A DNA stretch of 45,122 nucleotides, taken from NCBI RefSeq assembly GCF_001194135.2, contig NC_068989.1:61923109-61968230 (forward strand), given 5' to 3'. A program made the position numbers and the translations under genes. This document shows, piece after piece, positions 1 to 12,896 of the stretch; position 1 is the stretch's first letter, and every line of letters begins with the position of its first letter. The notes below the pieces were generated by a model. It was not told the origin of the DNA. It searched no databases and was given only the letters and a program-made list of their open reading frames with translations. The stretch comes from Octopus bimaculoides (taxonomy: Eukaryota).

Positions 1-129
1 ATATATATATATATATATATAAAAATATATATAATTAAGAAATGGAGTCAAACGCATGTGTTATTGAAACAATTCATACTTCTAACATGTTTCGAAGAAA
101 GCATTGAGATTATTCTGGATGGAATAATA

Positions 130-1680
130 ATGATATAAAACAATGTAATCATCTCGTCTGGGAAAAAAAATCTACGGCTAGAAACTCTGTTTATCAATGA
201 AAAGGTATTTCCGTTCTCGATGTCTTGTTTTTTCTTTAGGTTGGTAGCTCATTACCTCTATTGTCAAAAATAATATCTAACCATTATTCTACATTTAGAC
301 ATATCAATAAATGCAACAATATTGTCCATAGGAAATTAATTTGGTCTCTAAATGAACATAGACATTTGATTTAGAATAGAAAATTCTATCTAGATCTTTT
401 CCGTATGACAAAAGTAAATCTTTTTGCCCGCTCTGGAACGAAGAATGATTTCTCATCCTATTCTCGGAGAATACTCTTGTAAGCACTTTTAAAGAAAGTG
501 CTTATCGTTGTAAACATTAGAAAAATCATGCCAAAAATTACTAAGGGTTAGAAATAAGTTGGTTAAATATTTCCGAAACATAGGCTTTAAGATTATTTTC
601 GATCATGATATAAATAAAGCCAAGTATTTGGATATTACTCTTAACTTATATAATGATTCATATTTCCAATACCATAATCCCTCAACTAATTTGAAATATA
701 TTAGCTCTTTCAGCAATAATCCAAAACCTATTACAAGGAATTTAGTTAGAAATTTTTCATTTAAACTTTCTAGGTTATCTGCTAATGTTGATATCTTCAA
801 CGATAAAGCCGAATTTTATAACTGTGCCTTACTTAAAGCAGACTATAAATAAAAAAAATACTTATATTTACCCTATTGACATTATTTCTGCCTCTATTAA
901 TCGGGCCATGAAAACACATCATGACGGTAATAACTATATAAAGTTTAGTTCGAATAACAACGCTAAATCGAAAAATGTAATGTTGCAGCGTAAGGGAGAT
1001 AACCGTAATTTATAACCCTTTATACATAACAAAAATAAGTCTTGGGATTTTAAAGATAATTACCCTAATAACAACGTGTGTGCTAGTAAAATTATGTGGC
1101 TGAACATTCCATATGTCAACAGATCAAATCTAATTCACTTACCAGTTTCATGAAGTTATAGATAACATTTTTTCCAAAAAAATCCAGATACCATGCCGTT
1201 ATCAATTCACACCGAATTAGTAGTTAATTACAAATCAACTTAATGGTTATAATAACAGTGATATTATTAACGCTATCCATTCGTTGGACAATATTATCAA
1301 TATTAAAATTTCTGATATAAATTCGAATCGTATTCGTGTCCTTCGCAGTAATGCTACGACTAGAAACTCTGTTTATCAACGTTAAATTACTTCCGGTCGT
1401 GATGTCTTTTTTTTTTTACATAGGTAGCTCATCGGCTCATAGTTGTCGAAAACAATATCTAACCATTACTCTATATTTAGGCATATCAATAAACGCAACA
1501 GTACTGTCGTTAGTAAATTAATTTAGTTCTAAAGGAGCATAATAAACAATTCAATTTGGAATGGAAAATTCTATCTAGATCCTTCCTATATGACAAAGGT
1601 AAATCATCCTGTCAGCTGTGTAACGGAGAATACTCTTGTAAGAACTCGTTTATCGTTGGAAACATTGGCAAAAACATACC
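130..1680 (+). mobile_element. Decayed Penelope-like element (RT thumb, linker, GIY-YIG endonuclease) preceded by a tandem partial copy of its 3' end
   Basis: ORF 559-852 (KYLDITLNL..YHNP..LKYISSFSNNPKPI..KLSRLS..ALLKADY) resembles a PLE RT thumb. KIMWLNIPY lies near 1090, NSVYQ..FYIGSS at 1362-1430 (GIY-YIG) and LEWKILSRS..YDKGKSSCQLC at 1555-1620. Region 179-530 is a diverged direct repeat of 1360-1677. Confidence 0.8.
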
Positions 1681-2266
1681 TTTAGTTCCTATAAGTAATT
1701 TCTACTAACCTATAAAATTCGACCTTTAACTGACTTCTTACATTTCATTTCCACTACATATATCTAATTCCACGTTTTTAAGCTTTATTCCCATTCATCT
1801 ATCACACTATATATTTCTACCATCAATTTTCTGTTAATTTCTCTCTTTCAGCTCCTTTTCTAAATTACCTTTGACGTTAAATCTATTAACGGTTTTCTAA
1901 AATTAACTTGCCAGCGCTCCCCTTCATCATATACGCGGTAATTACATTCGTTTAAAATGGTTTATTGATGGGTTTTGTTTCTCTTTTTTTTTACCCTGAC
2001 GAGATGATTGCATTGTTTTAGATCATTTTTATTCCCTCCGAAATAATCTTAATGCTTCGTTCGAAAAATTGGTTGCAAGTATAAATGGCTTGACTAACAA
2101 CTGCGTTTGACTCCATTTCTTAATTTATCTATGTCATACAAAAGCATTTCACTTAACCCTGGAATTTTCAACTTTATAAGTAGGCTTTAGTATCCTTGGC
2201 ACTTATGTGAATTTTTGCTACCCTGGTAACTATATTTGTACACATTGAAAGATTACACATTCCTTT

Positions 2267-2316
<50 letters not shown>

Positions 2317-2619
2317 CTAGTCAATATACATTTTTCTAATTTCTCTCGCTGTTTCTTTCTGTGTTCCTTTCTGTCGGAGAGCGTAGGCTCGAAGTGTAAA
2401 AGACTATCTTACTTCCCGAGCGTTAAAAATACATCTGTTTGTTGTTTACACACTTGTCTTCGTCGTTTGTTTTTCTAAATTTTCACTAAACACACACACA
2501 TACACTCACAAACACACACACACACACTCACACATACACACACATATACATATACATGCATCAGTGGGACACCTGAGCTGCTAGAAGAAACTATAGTGAA
2601 GACAGGTGATATACGTATA

Positions 2620-2940
2620 GACCATTATGTTGGTGTTGGTACCAAATGTTTCTATCGAAAGATATACCAGTCCGTGAACTAGACGGCACTGCACATTTCC
2701 AAAGACCTACGTAGCCCGCCTAGTGTTAGAAACACGTACTGCAATAGTTTGCGATTCAAGGGACCACAGCTATTTAAAGCCTTGTCAAAATATCTGAGGG
2801 ATCTTTATTGAGTAGGTGTAGATGTTTTCAACAAACAAATTGATCTCCTACTATGCAAAGTACCAGATAACTGTACATCATGTCAGGATGCATACAAGTT
2901 TGGCTATTGAAACGGTGATAACACTGGCGGTTATCCAGTG
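2620..2940 (+). mobile_element. CR1/L2-like LINE 3' end fragment
   Basis: Translates NTYCNSLRFKGPQLFKALSKYLRDL..VDVFNKQIDLLLCKVPD, resembling the C-terminal tail of CR1/L2-type ORF2. Confidence 0.6.
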
Positions 2941-3067
2941 TGGCCTTAGCTTCAGGGCTGAAACGTATAAAAAATGAAATAATATATATATGTACACATG
3001 TACTCATACAAATACATACATACATAAATATATATGATATATATAGATATATATGATATATATAGAT

Positions 3068-3470
3068 GGCATCAGGACAGTATTCAAAATTAATACAACA
3101 CTTCGCAAATATCTCCTTCGAGTAAAACCAACAATAGAAGAGAATATCACTTAGAACTGCAGCTGTGGTAGGTTATACAAAGGCGAAACATGTCGCCCTC
3201 TCAAAATAAGGGTAGACGAAGATCGCAAAGGTGTTACACGGGGAGATATTGATAAATCGCGTATAGCTTGTCATCTATGAAAAAATGGAGACCACCTCCC
3301 CTTTTGGGATGAAGTTAAAATAAAATAGACAAAAGACAACACTGGAAAATACCAAAACTAAAAGAAGCAGCACATATGCAAGAACACAACAACCTCCTAA
3401 GCAGACTGAGTGCAGATATAAACAGCATATGGGAACCGATATTAAGGAAAGATAGGATAATATTAGATTT
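3068..3470 (+). mobile_element. Penelope-like (Poseidon-type) GIY-YIG endonuclease fragment
   Basis: GIRTVFKINTTLRKYLLRVK..CSCGRLYKGETCRPLKIRVDE..KSRIACHL..HLPFWDEVK..HWKIPKLKEAAHM..SIWEPILR, broken by stops and frameshifts. Confidence 0.8.
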
Positions 3471-3498
3471 ATAGGCCCTAAAATTCACTCCAGAATTG

Positions 3499-3612
3499 CC
3501 CACGGCATAGTGCTTGAGAGCGCTGGCTACTAACCCAAAGATTCTGAGTTCGATTCCATGCAGTGACCTGAATAATAATGATGATATTAATAATAATAAT
3601 AATAATAATAAT
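3499..3612 (+). mobile_element. tRNA-derived SINE-like head followed by an (AAT)n tail
   Basis: A-box-like GGCATAGTGCTTGAGAGCG and B-box GAGTTCGATTCC, then an aataat/gat tail. Confidence 0.6.
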
Positions 3613-4871
3613 GAAATGATTTGTCAACAACAAACAAGATGACGATAAATCCCTGTTAATTGTAAATAATGTACATAATTCTTCTCTCTTGCACTACGCA
3701 ATTGAAAAGAATAAGTTATGCCTTTGCGCTAAAGACCATAAAAAGAAAAAAAATGAAACGTTCTGAATTTTTTGAACCACCTCCCTACTCAGTACCGATT
3801 TTGGCCATTTTTTTTGTTTATCACTACGTACTTAATAACGATAGGAGGAGCCTTGAAGGTTAAAACGAGTAAATATTTAGACGGTGGAGACCATTACAAT
3901 CACCACTTCCTTTATTTTTAAACAGAAACTAAAAGATACTAAAATTTCGGCCTTGTTTTCTTCGCTTTGTTTTTAACTCATAGATCTATGATGCGGACAG
4001 TCCGAATCTGCAATTCGGTTCTGCTTATAATTTCAAAATAGTTTTCAGACGAAAAGGAGTGTGATTTAAAGGAAATCTACACATTATTACTAACACACGA
4101 TCACCTGGAACTTTTCCACGTTTCTCTGTGTTTCTGAGATACACTGATGTTTTTTTAATATCTTCTCCCACTAAAGATATTTTAATTAATGAGGATGCAG
4201 TTGTCCATTGATGGGATTTAAGCACCAAAAATAAAATTGAATTTTAAGTTTTAATACCCACCTCGCATCAAACGAGTCTCTGTATGTGTGTGTGTGTGTG
4301 TGTGCATGTAAGAAACAGCATTTTACTAACTGCAAAGAATGCTATTAAAGAATATTATCTTTTCCATATTTTTTATCACATCACTCTGTCGCACTAATGA
4401 AACATCTTACAAGCATACACACAAACTCAGGATAAGCGATATTCTTTCTTTCATGGAGAGTGAAAGAAAGAGTGATAAATATTTTTAAAGAGATGTAAGT
4501 CTACAATGAGAAAAGTGAAAAATGAAAGAGATTGACAAATAAAAAGAGAGAAAAATATAAAGAGGGAGAAAAAGAGAGAGTGAGAGAGTGAGAGAGAGAG
4601 AGAGAACGTTTTTGTTGCTGTCATAGATTTTGAAATTTTATAATTAAGTGAAAATATTTAAAAAGAATTTGCACATTCGTGTACTTCACGCTGAATCCGA
4701 TTTTGTAATCATTTCTACACAATCCGAAAATGCGATTGGGAAGCTAGCATTTCGGGTGAAACATAGAGTAAAAATAAATTTTACAAGACAAATTTTTATA
4801 TAAAATGAAAGCAATTCGTGAGAGATAACAAATATACAGAGAGAGAGAGAGAGAGAGAGAGGGAGCGAGAG

Positions 4872-4903
<32 letters not shown>

Positions 4904-5689
4904 TGGAGAGAAAGAGAAAGAGAGAGAGAGAGGGGGAGAGAGAGAATGATAAAATATGCGTTAATTACATAGCAAGAGTGGAAGGTGCAAAGCCGAGCGA
5001 GCCTGGTGATGATCGAGAGAGAGTAGAAGATTTATCGATCTAAAAGTTCAGTTATTTCTCATAGCAAATTACATGTTTGATTACTATTTATGTACAGCAT
5101 TCTCTATGGGACGAAGATTTCGAAAAACAAATTCGTTTTACTCGACGACGCACAGTTTCAGAGCCCTTCAAGAGTAAAATACATACATAAGCATCTGAAC
5201 TCTTACTTTTATAGTAGATACATATCTATACACAGATATGTTTACCAAGTTTTGCAGATGCTAATGCACTTATAATGAAAGCCTAAAATATAAGAAATCA
5301 AAATAAATCACACAGAAAAGTTTGCAGCGAACCGGGTAAATCTCCAACTACTAGATATCAGACGATTCTAACATTTAAAATAAAGTAATTATGAAACATG
5401 TAAGAACCAAAATTACAAGATTTAAACTTACTAACGAAATGTTAAGCATCTACAAATTCAGCGCTTTAATTAGAAACATCCTAGATTAGTAAAAGCAACA
5501 TTTTTCTGGAGGTAATCGAAAGCAAATGCTACTAATAATAATACCTTTTATTATATCTTGTAAAATATATTCCTTGCAGCTTAAAAAATGGAAAAACATT
5601 GGTGAGATTACCTCCATATTTATGAATGTTTCTAAATTGCGATGTGACACATGCATGAGATGTGACACATGCACTGAGACACATGCATG

Positions 5690-5691
5690 GA

Positions 5692-5747
<56 letters not shown>

Positions 5748-5812
5748 CTAATACGCACACACATACACACACAAACACTAATACACCCCCCCCCACACAC
5801 ACACATATATAC
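5690..5812. repeat. (CA)n microsatellite tract
   Basis: Directly visible. Confidence 0.95.
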
Positions 5813-5970
5813 CCATGTATCTGTGTATCTATATATGCATATGTATAAATGTATGCGTGTCAGTGAGTGTATTTTGGTACACACTACCTATAGATAGTAT
5901 ATCACTTCATGCTATCGCTTCTGTCTATATTTGTACTACCTTCGTAAATGCTGAAATAATATTTACTTAC

Positions 5971-6194
5971 CTACGAGAAACATAAAGACGGCCATCTTTT
6001 CTCATTCTCAAAAAAATATTGGGAACTGTGATATCATGCTGATAAGATTTCTTTCCATTCAAAAAGTATGTGTCTGGCTTCCATATATTGTGCAGAAATT
6101 TGTTATTTAACTGGAGTTCTGTAATGTTTTCTAGGTTGAATGCTAGTCGTTTATCATACCAAACTTGTCGATAGTAAAGCTGCATGGAGTATGA
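5971..6194 (-). CDS. Internal coding exon (224 nt, phase 0 to phase 2) of a Cys-loop ligand-gated ion channel subunit, GABA-A/Grd-like; ligand-binding loops D, A and E
   Basis: Translates as SYSMQLYYRQVWYDKRLAFNLENITELQLNNKFLHNIWKPDTYFLNGKKSYQHDITVPNIFLRMRKDGRLYVSR(R). It carries family motifs (RQxWxDxRL, IWKPDTYFxNGK). Acceptor tttctatttccag at 6195 and donor AG|gtaagt at 5970. Size and phases match the conserved ~221-nt GABA-A receptor exon. Confidence 0.96.
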
Positions 6195-6470
6195 CTGGAA
6201 ATAGAAATAGTTTACAATTATCTGTAACGTTGCATATCCATCTCAATACCGGTGTTTAGATAAAGTGTCATGTAATATAAACATCAGTTGCTGTAACAAG
6301 GGAATATATTATTATATAAGAGGGTTTGTTTTTCGATAAGAATAATTTGAGTTACAAGGAGAAAATAATGTTGGGGAGATTAAAACTTTGTTATTTAATG
6401 GAAAGTAAAAAAAAAATTATAACGTTGAACTCACACACGTTTGATCACACATGTTTGCTCGCTGTGTATA

Positions 6471-7075
6471 TACGGGTATGGGCTGAAAAATTCTTTGACT
6501 GACTATGAAGGAGTAAAGGTAGAGCTGGGAAATCTTGTAAGTATTAATGTCAACTATTCTTAGTAATAACGGTATTGTTCTTTCAAGAAGACTTGAAACG
6601 TAGCTAGTAGCGAGATCTGTTGAAAACCGACACAATTCGGCATCGTGGTGTTATTAAGTACTCACAGGTGAACGGATTTGCTAGCAAGGACATCCATTCA
6701 GAGATGATTCCTACATTAGGATATGACGCTCCAGTTTTATCAACAGTGCAAAAGTGGGCAGCCAAATTTAGATAGGAAAGAGAGAATCTTGAAGAAGACC
6801 CAATGGCTAGGCATCCTGCAATTGCTACCATCAGGGAAAACATTGTTCGTGTTCAACGCAGTGTAATAAATGACAGGCGATTGGCAATAAATCAAATTAT
6901 TCGCACATAACGTGAGAAAGTTGAAAATATTCTGCACATTGAACTTTGCAAATTCCAAGGTTTGTGCTCCATGGATGCCATATCTTCTGACACCCGATCA
7001 AAAGCACACCAGGCTTATCACACCACGGGAAAATTTCACATTATTTGAGGCAGATCCAGCTTCAGTCATTGAACA
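6471..7075 (+). mobile_element. Mariner-family transposon 5' fragment (TIR-like end plus transposase N-terminus)
   Basis: TA-CGGGTATGGGCTGAAAAATTC terminal motif. Decayed ORF RHRGVIKY..KDIHSEM..STVQKWAAKFR..LEEDP..NDRRL..ILHIEL..APWMPYLLTPDQK, where WMPYLL corresponds to mariner WVPHEL. Confidence 0.85.
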
Positions 7076-7269
7076 ATCAGAAAGTTAGTGCAGGTAATAT
7101 TTTTTGACATAAAATTTCTTCTTGTGTCAAAATAAAATATATCTTTGTGATACTTTACAATTTCATGTATAATTCATGGTATGTGCTTTCCATATGTTTG
7201 AAATTATTACTACAGTTAGTGGAACTCTAAAATGTACATTATTGTCGAAAATTATCATGAGAATGTTTT

Positions 7270-7900
7270 TATTTACCCAATGGAATTAATTCGTAAACCG
7301 AGAAAAAAACAAGCAAATTCAAATGCATTACTTTGTGGCGGGAATAGGCCCGGTTCCACACGTATATATATTCCTTGATGGATGGGAAGTCGGCCCGTCG
7401 CAGAATTACTAATTTTTCGAGTTGTGTGGACAGGAGCAAAGTAGAATGAAGAGTTTTGCTCAAGAACACAACGCATCATCCGGTCCTGTAATAGGGTCCA
7501 TAATGTTACGATCCATTGAGCCATATACATTAAATCATCGTTGAAATGTTGACTGAGATAACATTTTTCCTTTTGGTAAATAATGCCCCGCAATCAGTTG
7601 TTATCTTAATTTTAATCAAGACAGCGATATATTGCCATTAAAACTTTCGGCTATAATTTCGGATATGCATTTTTCAATGTTCAGCAATTGTTTTGTTTTT
7701 TTTGTACTGGTATTTAATTTACGTATTTGGATACATGCACAACAAATGTTTCATGAAAGCTCCATAACCAATGTCCGGACACTTCGTAAAATGATTATAT
7801 CTTCGACATTTTAAATGTTTATACTTAACGAATTAGTATCTTCTGGCCGTTTTCGAAATGTAAATACAAGGAATGGGACTAGTGGACAGTTCTGGAGTTA
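7270..7900 (-). mobile_element. Possible degenerate Tc1/mariner-type transposase fragment
   Basis: Weak motifs (EKCYLSQHFN resembling DEKxF; APVHTTRK resembling the QQDxAPxHT region) in ORF 7273-7593. Confidence 0.35.
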
Positions 7901-8605
7901 ATATTTTTGTATTCACATTACCCTGTTGCATGAAATGTTTAATTGTTCATTTTGTATTAAATTCATTATGAAGTATCTCATACATTTGAGATTTTGAAAA
8001 CGTGACGGTTTCTATTTCTAAAATGATTTTGCAAGGAATGTATGAGTGAGGTTGGAGCTAGTTGGATTGAACATAACACCGGTAGGATATTTCGAGATGA
8101 TATGGCCGGTTCCAAGTTTTAAGGTTGGCGCAACGGATAAATAGAGGTCGGGACCTGAATAATTTAGGAATGTCTTCATCAGGCTGATTTTAATATATAT
8201 GTATATAACATCAAAGCACATAATGTGGAGCTTCATTTTGCAGATCCCTGAGATTTTCCAATATTTTAATTTGCACAAATATATTGCTGTGTGTATGATA
8301 TATTGCAGACATTTTTCAATTACATGAAGACTTCGTATGTCTTTTTAACGTTTATACAAAACATAGATATTTGGTTTGCTTATTATTGAAAAATATCATA
8401 ATTTCATAAATATTGCAATGCTTCCTAGGAGCCTGGTATCGCTAAGTTAGAATATTGCATGACAGTCGAATACCACTCGGAGATATGTGATACTGAAATT
8501 GGATAAAAGAAAAAGACTTACACGAACATTATTGCGTACCTACTTACATAAACATATAATCTAACACACGTAAATATATGCATAATCATTCATACACATA
8601 TAGTA

Positions 8606-8632
8606 AATGGTATACATACACACACAAACACA

Positions 8633-8702
<70 letters not shown>
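8606..8702. repeat. (CA)n microsatellite
   Basis: Directly visible. Confidence 0.95.
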
Positions 8703-8709
<7 letters not shown>

Positions 8710-8990
8710 TAATTGATATCTGTGTGTGTTTTGTATTGTATTTATGTACATATACAAGAGGCCAAAAAGTATGCCAGGCATTACTTAGAGATACCGCATA
8801 TTTGTACCTATGATTATCAAAATATCAATGTATGTATGTGTGTATGTATGTATGTATGTATGTATCTATCTATCTATATGTCCGTCTGTCTATGTTTCTC
8901 TCTATCTAACTATTTATCCATCTATCCCACTACCTACCACTGTGTTTGTGTGTGTGTGTGTGTGTGTGAATATATATACGTATATATATA

Positions 8991-9499
8991 NNNNNNNNNN
9001 NNNNNNNNNNNNNNNNNNNNNNNNNNNNNNNNNNNNNNNNNNNNNNNNNNNNNNNNNNNNNNNNNNNNNNNNNNNNNNNNNNNNNNNNNNNNNNNNNNNN
9101 NNNNNNNNNNNNNNNNNNNNNNNNNNNNNNNNNNNNNNNNNNNNNNNNNNNNNNNNNNNNNNNNNNNNNNNNNNNNNNNNNNNNNNNNNNNNNNNNNNNN
9201 NNNNNNNNNNNNNNNNNNNNNNNNNNNNNNNNNNNNNNNNNNNNNNNNNNNNNNNNNNNNNNNNNNNNNNNNNNNNNNNNNNNNNNNNNNNNNNNNNNNN
9301 NNNNNNNNNNNNNNNNNNNNNNNNNNNNNNNNNNNNNNNNNNNNNNNNNNNNNNNNNNNNNNNNNNNNNNNNNNNNNNNNNNNNNNNNNNNNNNNNNNNN
9401 NNNNNNNNNNNNNNNNNNNNNNNNNNNNNNNNNNNNNNNNNNNNNNNNNNNNNNNNNNNNNNNNNNNNNNNNNNNNNNNNNNNNNNNNNNNNNNNNNNN
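8991..9499. other. Assembly gap (N run); further gaps at 10138-10712, 21449-21653, 34055-34158 and 38063-38163
   Basis: N runs; four of the five are flanked by simple repeats. Confidence 1.
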
Positions 9500-10720
9500 T
9501 ATGATGTGTGCATATATTTCTATGTGTATGTACGCATATAACATCACACTCATAACAAAATTAGTGCTGCTGTTATAGAATTTTCTACATACGAGAAAAT
9601 AAATAAAACGTGGAACCATTATAATATCAGTAAAAGTTAGCCCAAAATAGATGTTTTAGAGCTAGTATGATGGATATATTGTTTTCCACAGAGACAACAA
9701 CAGCAAAAAAGGTGAACAAATAAAAATCCGCTTGTTTTGCAATATAAGAAAAAATGCAATTTCTTACTGAGCGATATATAACGGCAAGGTGAAATGCTGA
9801 CTAAATTTAATTAAGATAATTGGAAAATGTCAGAAACCATCATACCAAGTTTACATAAATTTGCAGATCCTTAGTCGAATCACACGTACCGACATGAAGG
9901 ATTATTGAATGTTTAATGTATATGCATTCCCCCAGCTCTATTAATCATGTTTTTCCAGCCTTTATAACATTACCAAATAACTTAGCGTGTTTCTTTACGA
10001 TTTAAAAGTTAGTGAACGAATTTAGTTTTCTGTTATATTTAATCAATGGATATTTCAATACGTTTATATGCATATGTATTTATGTATATACATACACACA
10101 CATATATACATGCATACACTTATATGTACAAATACTCNNNNNNNNNNNNNNNNNNNNNNNNNNNNNNNNNNNNNNNNNNNNNNNNNNNNNNNNNNNNNNN
10201 NNNNNNNNNNNNNNNNNNNNNNNNNNNNNNNNNNNNNNNNNNNNNNNNNNNNNNNNNNNNNNNNNNNNNNNNNNNNNNNNNNNNNNNNNNNNNNNNNNNN
10301 NNNNNNNNNNNNNNNNNNNNNNNNNNNNNNNNNNNNNNNNNNNNNNNNNNNNNNNNNNNNNNNNNNNNNNNNNNNNNNNNNNNNNNNNNNNNNNNNNNNN
10401 NNNNNNNNNNNNNNNNNNNNNNNNNNNNNNNNNNNNNNNNNNNNNNNNNNNNNNNNNNNNNNNNNNNNNNNNNNNNNNNNNNNNNNNNNNNNNNNNNNNN
10501 NNNNNNNNNNNNNNNNNNNNNNNNNNNNNNNNNNNNNNNNNNNNNNNNNNNNNNNNNNNNNNNNNNNNNNNNNNNNNNNNNNNNNNNNNNNNNNNNNNNN
10601 NNNNNNNNNNNNNNNNNNNNNNNNNNNNNNNNNNNNNNNNNNNNNNNNNNNNNNNNNNNNNNNNNNNNNNNNNNNNNNNNNNNNNNNNNNNNNNNNNNNN
10701 NNNNNNNNNNNNGTGTGTGT

Positions 10721-10757
<37 letters not shown>

Positions 10758-10964
10758 GGTGTGAGTGAATGTAAAACCCGTACGATGGACGGATATTAGC
10801 TCTTTAGTCTTGGATGACAAGCTATTTCGGAGTGTCAAAGTACATCCATTAATGAGGATCTCTCCATCTTTATGGGTTATGCTTTTGGTACTTAGAGAGT
10901 CGGATTGCGTGATTGCGCGCTTTCTCCTCACTTAAAATAAATTGCTGAAGTTACACGAGCTCAA

Positions 10965-11130
10965 TAAATGGGATTGGGTGTAGGGGTACTGTTGACATGA
11001 TCTCTGCATGGCAGTTACTGGAAAAGTGTGTGGAACAGCAAATAGGACATTATCAGGTAATCATTGATCTTACTAACGCTTTTGACAGTTTTGTGGGGGA
11101 TCTTGAGGAGACTTGGATGTCCGGAAAATG
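10965..11130 (+). mobile_element. RTE-clade LINE reverse transcriptase fragment
   Basis: RGTVDMISAWQLLEKCVEQQIGHYQVIIDLTNAFDS..LGCPE resembles RTE RT domain 2-3 (RGTxDMIFxxRQLQEKCxEQ..FIDLTKAFD). Confidence 0.75.
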
Positions 11131-11779
11131 AGGTGACATGGAATTGAAAGCAGTGATGTTTACAGGAGAAAAAGAAACATGGAGAGTTGCGTTTATATAG
11201 AAAGGAATTTATGTAGAGTATGTGAGGTAATCATCAGTATGATCTTTTGTAATTCGTTTCTTTTGAAGTGACTACAGATTTGGTGCACTTCTTAACTCCT
11301 TTGATATCAGTGCTCCTATATCATAGGTCATTATTATATTTAGTCAGGCCACATTCCTCTAACAGCAACCTCCAGGTTCTTATATTTGCTTATTTTATCA
11401 AGTGTTTTCAGAGATATATTTTTCACAACAAGGCCTGAAAAATCAATCAGAATATAAGTTGTCTTTTTTTCAATACGATTTTTCACAATGTGATCAAGTC
11501 AGTTTACCTTTATTTCTTGATCAGTCTGAACACTGAAATTCCAAATGATGGTAATCTATGTATTCTGGGTGTACATAATATTGTTTGTGCAACATAGTGA
11601 CCAGTGTATTTACTTAGCTACTTTGTCATCCATTTGCAAGTATTCTGTTGGTTGCAAGCAGTGTCGTTTTCTAAAAGTGCTCCAACCTTATTGCAGCGCC
11701 TATTTGTTCCATGCACTTCACACGATTTTTACTCACTGTTCCCAGGGCTCCGACAATTATTGGTACTACTACCACCTTT

Positions 11780-11838
11780 ATCATCATCATCATCATCATC
11801 ATCCTCATCATCATCATCATCCTCAATATTATTATTAT
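11780..11838. repeat. (ATC)n/(ATT)n microsatellite at the Dong 3' junction
   Basis: Directly visible. Confidence 0.9.
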
Positions 11839-12895
11839 TCAGTAGTTTTATTTTTATAACGTGCTTTCACTTCACTACCAAGCGCAGCTCTGTGTGCCTT
11901 GGGTATGTGCTGTGGTTGGCTGTGATGCACTTATGGTTACTATATTGAGAGTGTTTTGCGTAGGATGTGTGCAGTGCCCAGTAGTGCAATTTTCTGTATG
12001 TTATATATATTTGTAAGTCCTGGTATTTTTGTTATGTATTTGTCTGAATATTTTTTTATTATACCTAACGCACCTACTATGGTAGGAATTGTTTCTGTTT
12101 TTAGATTCCGCTTTCGAGTTACCTCTATCTCCAGGTCTTTGTATTTTGAAAGTTTCTCCGTTTCTTTTAGGGAAACGTTGTCATCTGCTAGTATTGATAC
12201 ATTAACTAGAAAGAATGTTTTTCTTCATGATCTTTGACGACTATATCTGGTCTATTGGCCTTAATTTCTCTATGTTTGTGTATTGGCATATCCCAGAGTA
12301 TGGTTGCTTTCTCGTTTTCTGTGACCTTTTCTGGCGTGTGCCTATACCATATTTTTCTGTTGTTATTCTATAGTGTTGGCATAGCTGCCAGTGTTTATAG
12401 GTCCCAGCTCTGTCGTGTTTGTGAATATATTCCTTCTTAGCCAGGACTGGGCAGCCAGAGATAGTATGATTTATTGTTTCTTGTCCATCTCCACATATTC
12501 TACAGTTACTTGTTATGTTTCTTTTCATTATATGTTTTTTGTAATTTCTGGTGGGGAGGCTTTGGTCTTGTGCAACAATTAAAACTCCTTCATTCTCTGC
12601 TTTGATTCCTGAGTTTCTCAACCATTGGTGGGATTTTTGTCTGTCTATGTCTTTTGCATTCAGTTTAGCCCAGTATTTACCATGTAGGGTCTTTTCTTGC
12701 CATCGTTTTGTCATGGTCCTTTCCTGTTCTAGTTTTAGTTTGGATTTCATTTGTTTTATAGCTTTTGTTGTTTCTTCTTCTTCTTCTTCTTCTTCTTCTT
12801 CTTCATCTTCTTCTTCTTCTTCTCCTTCTTCGTATTTATTAGGTAGTATAATTTCTTGTTTGTATTTGTCAGCTTCCCTAAATACTGAAAACAGT
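11830..12895 (-). mobile_element. 5'-truncated R4/Dong non-LTR retrotransposon (CCHC knuckle, restriction-like endonuclease, 3' UTR, AAT tail)
   Basis: LHGKYW..WLRNSGIKAENEG..AQDQSLPTRNY..CRICGDGQETINHTISGCPVL (ORF 12241-12750). After a frameshift: ILWDMPIQT..RPDIVVKD..KETEKLSKYKDLEIE..VGALG..IQKIALLGTAHILRKTL. Ends in aataataat. Confidence 0.92.
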
Positions 12896-12896
12896 T

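Noticed and set aside
3780-4800. Possible non-autonomous DNA transposon (TTAAAGG.. motif and gaatccga-type subterminal motifs)
   Set aside because: No matching second terminus or TSD found, and ORF 4025-4228 has no recognisable domain.
5432-5505. 74-nt minus-strand segment with good acceptor and GTAAGT donor downstream of the 224-nt exon; tested as the Cys-loop exon
   Set aside because: In-frame TAG in the required phase and no CPMxLxxYPxD motif.
8713-10931. Long ORF-track entries (200-280 aa)
   Set aside because: Artefacts of N-gaps and CA/TA microsatellites; the same applies at 33856-34238 and 37995-38385.
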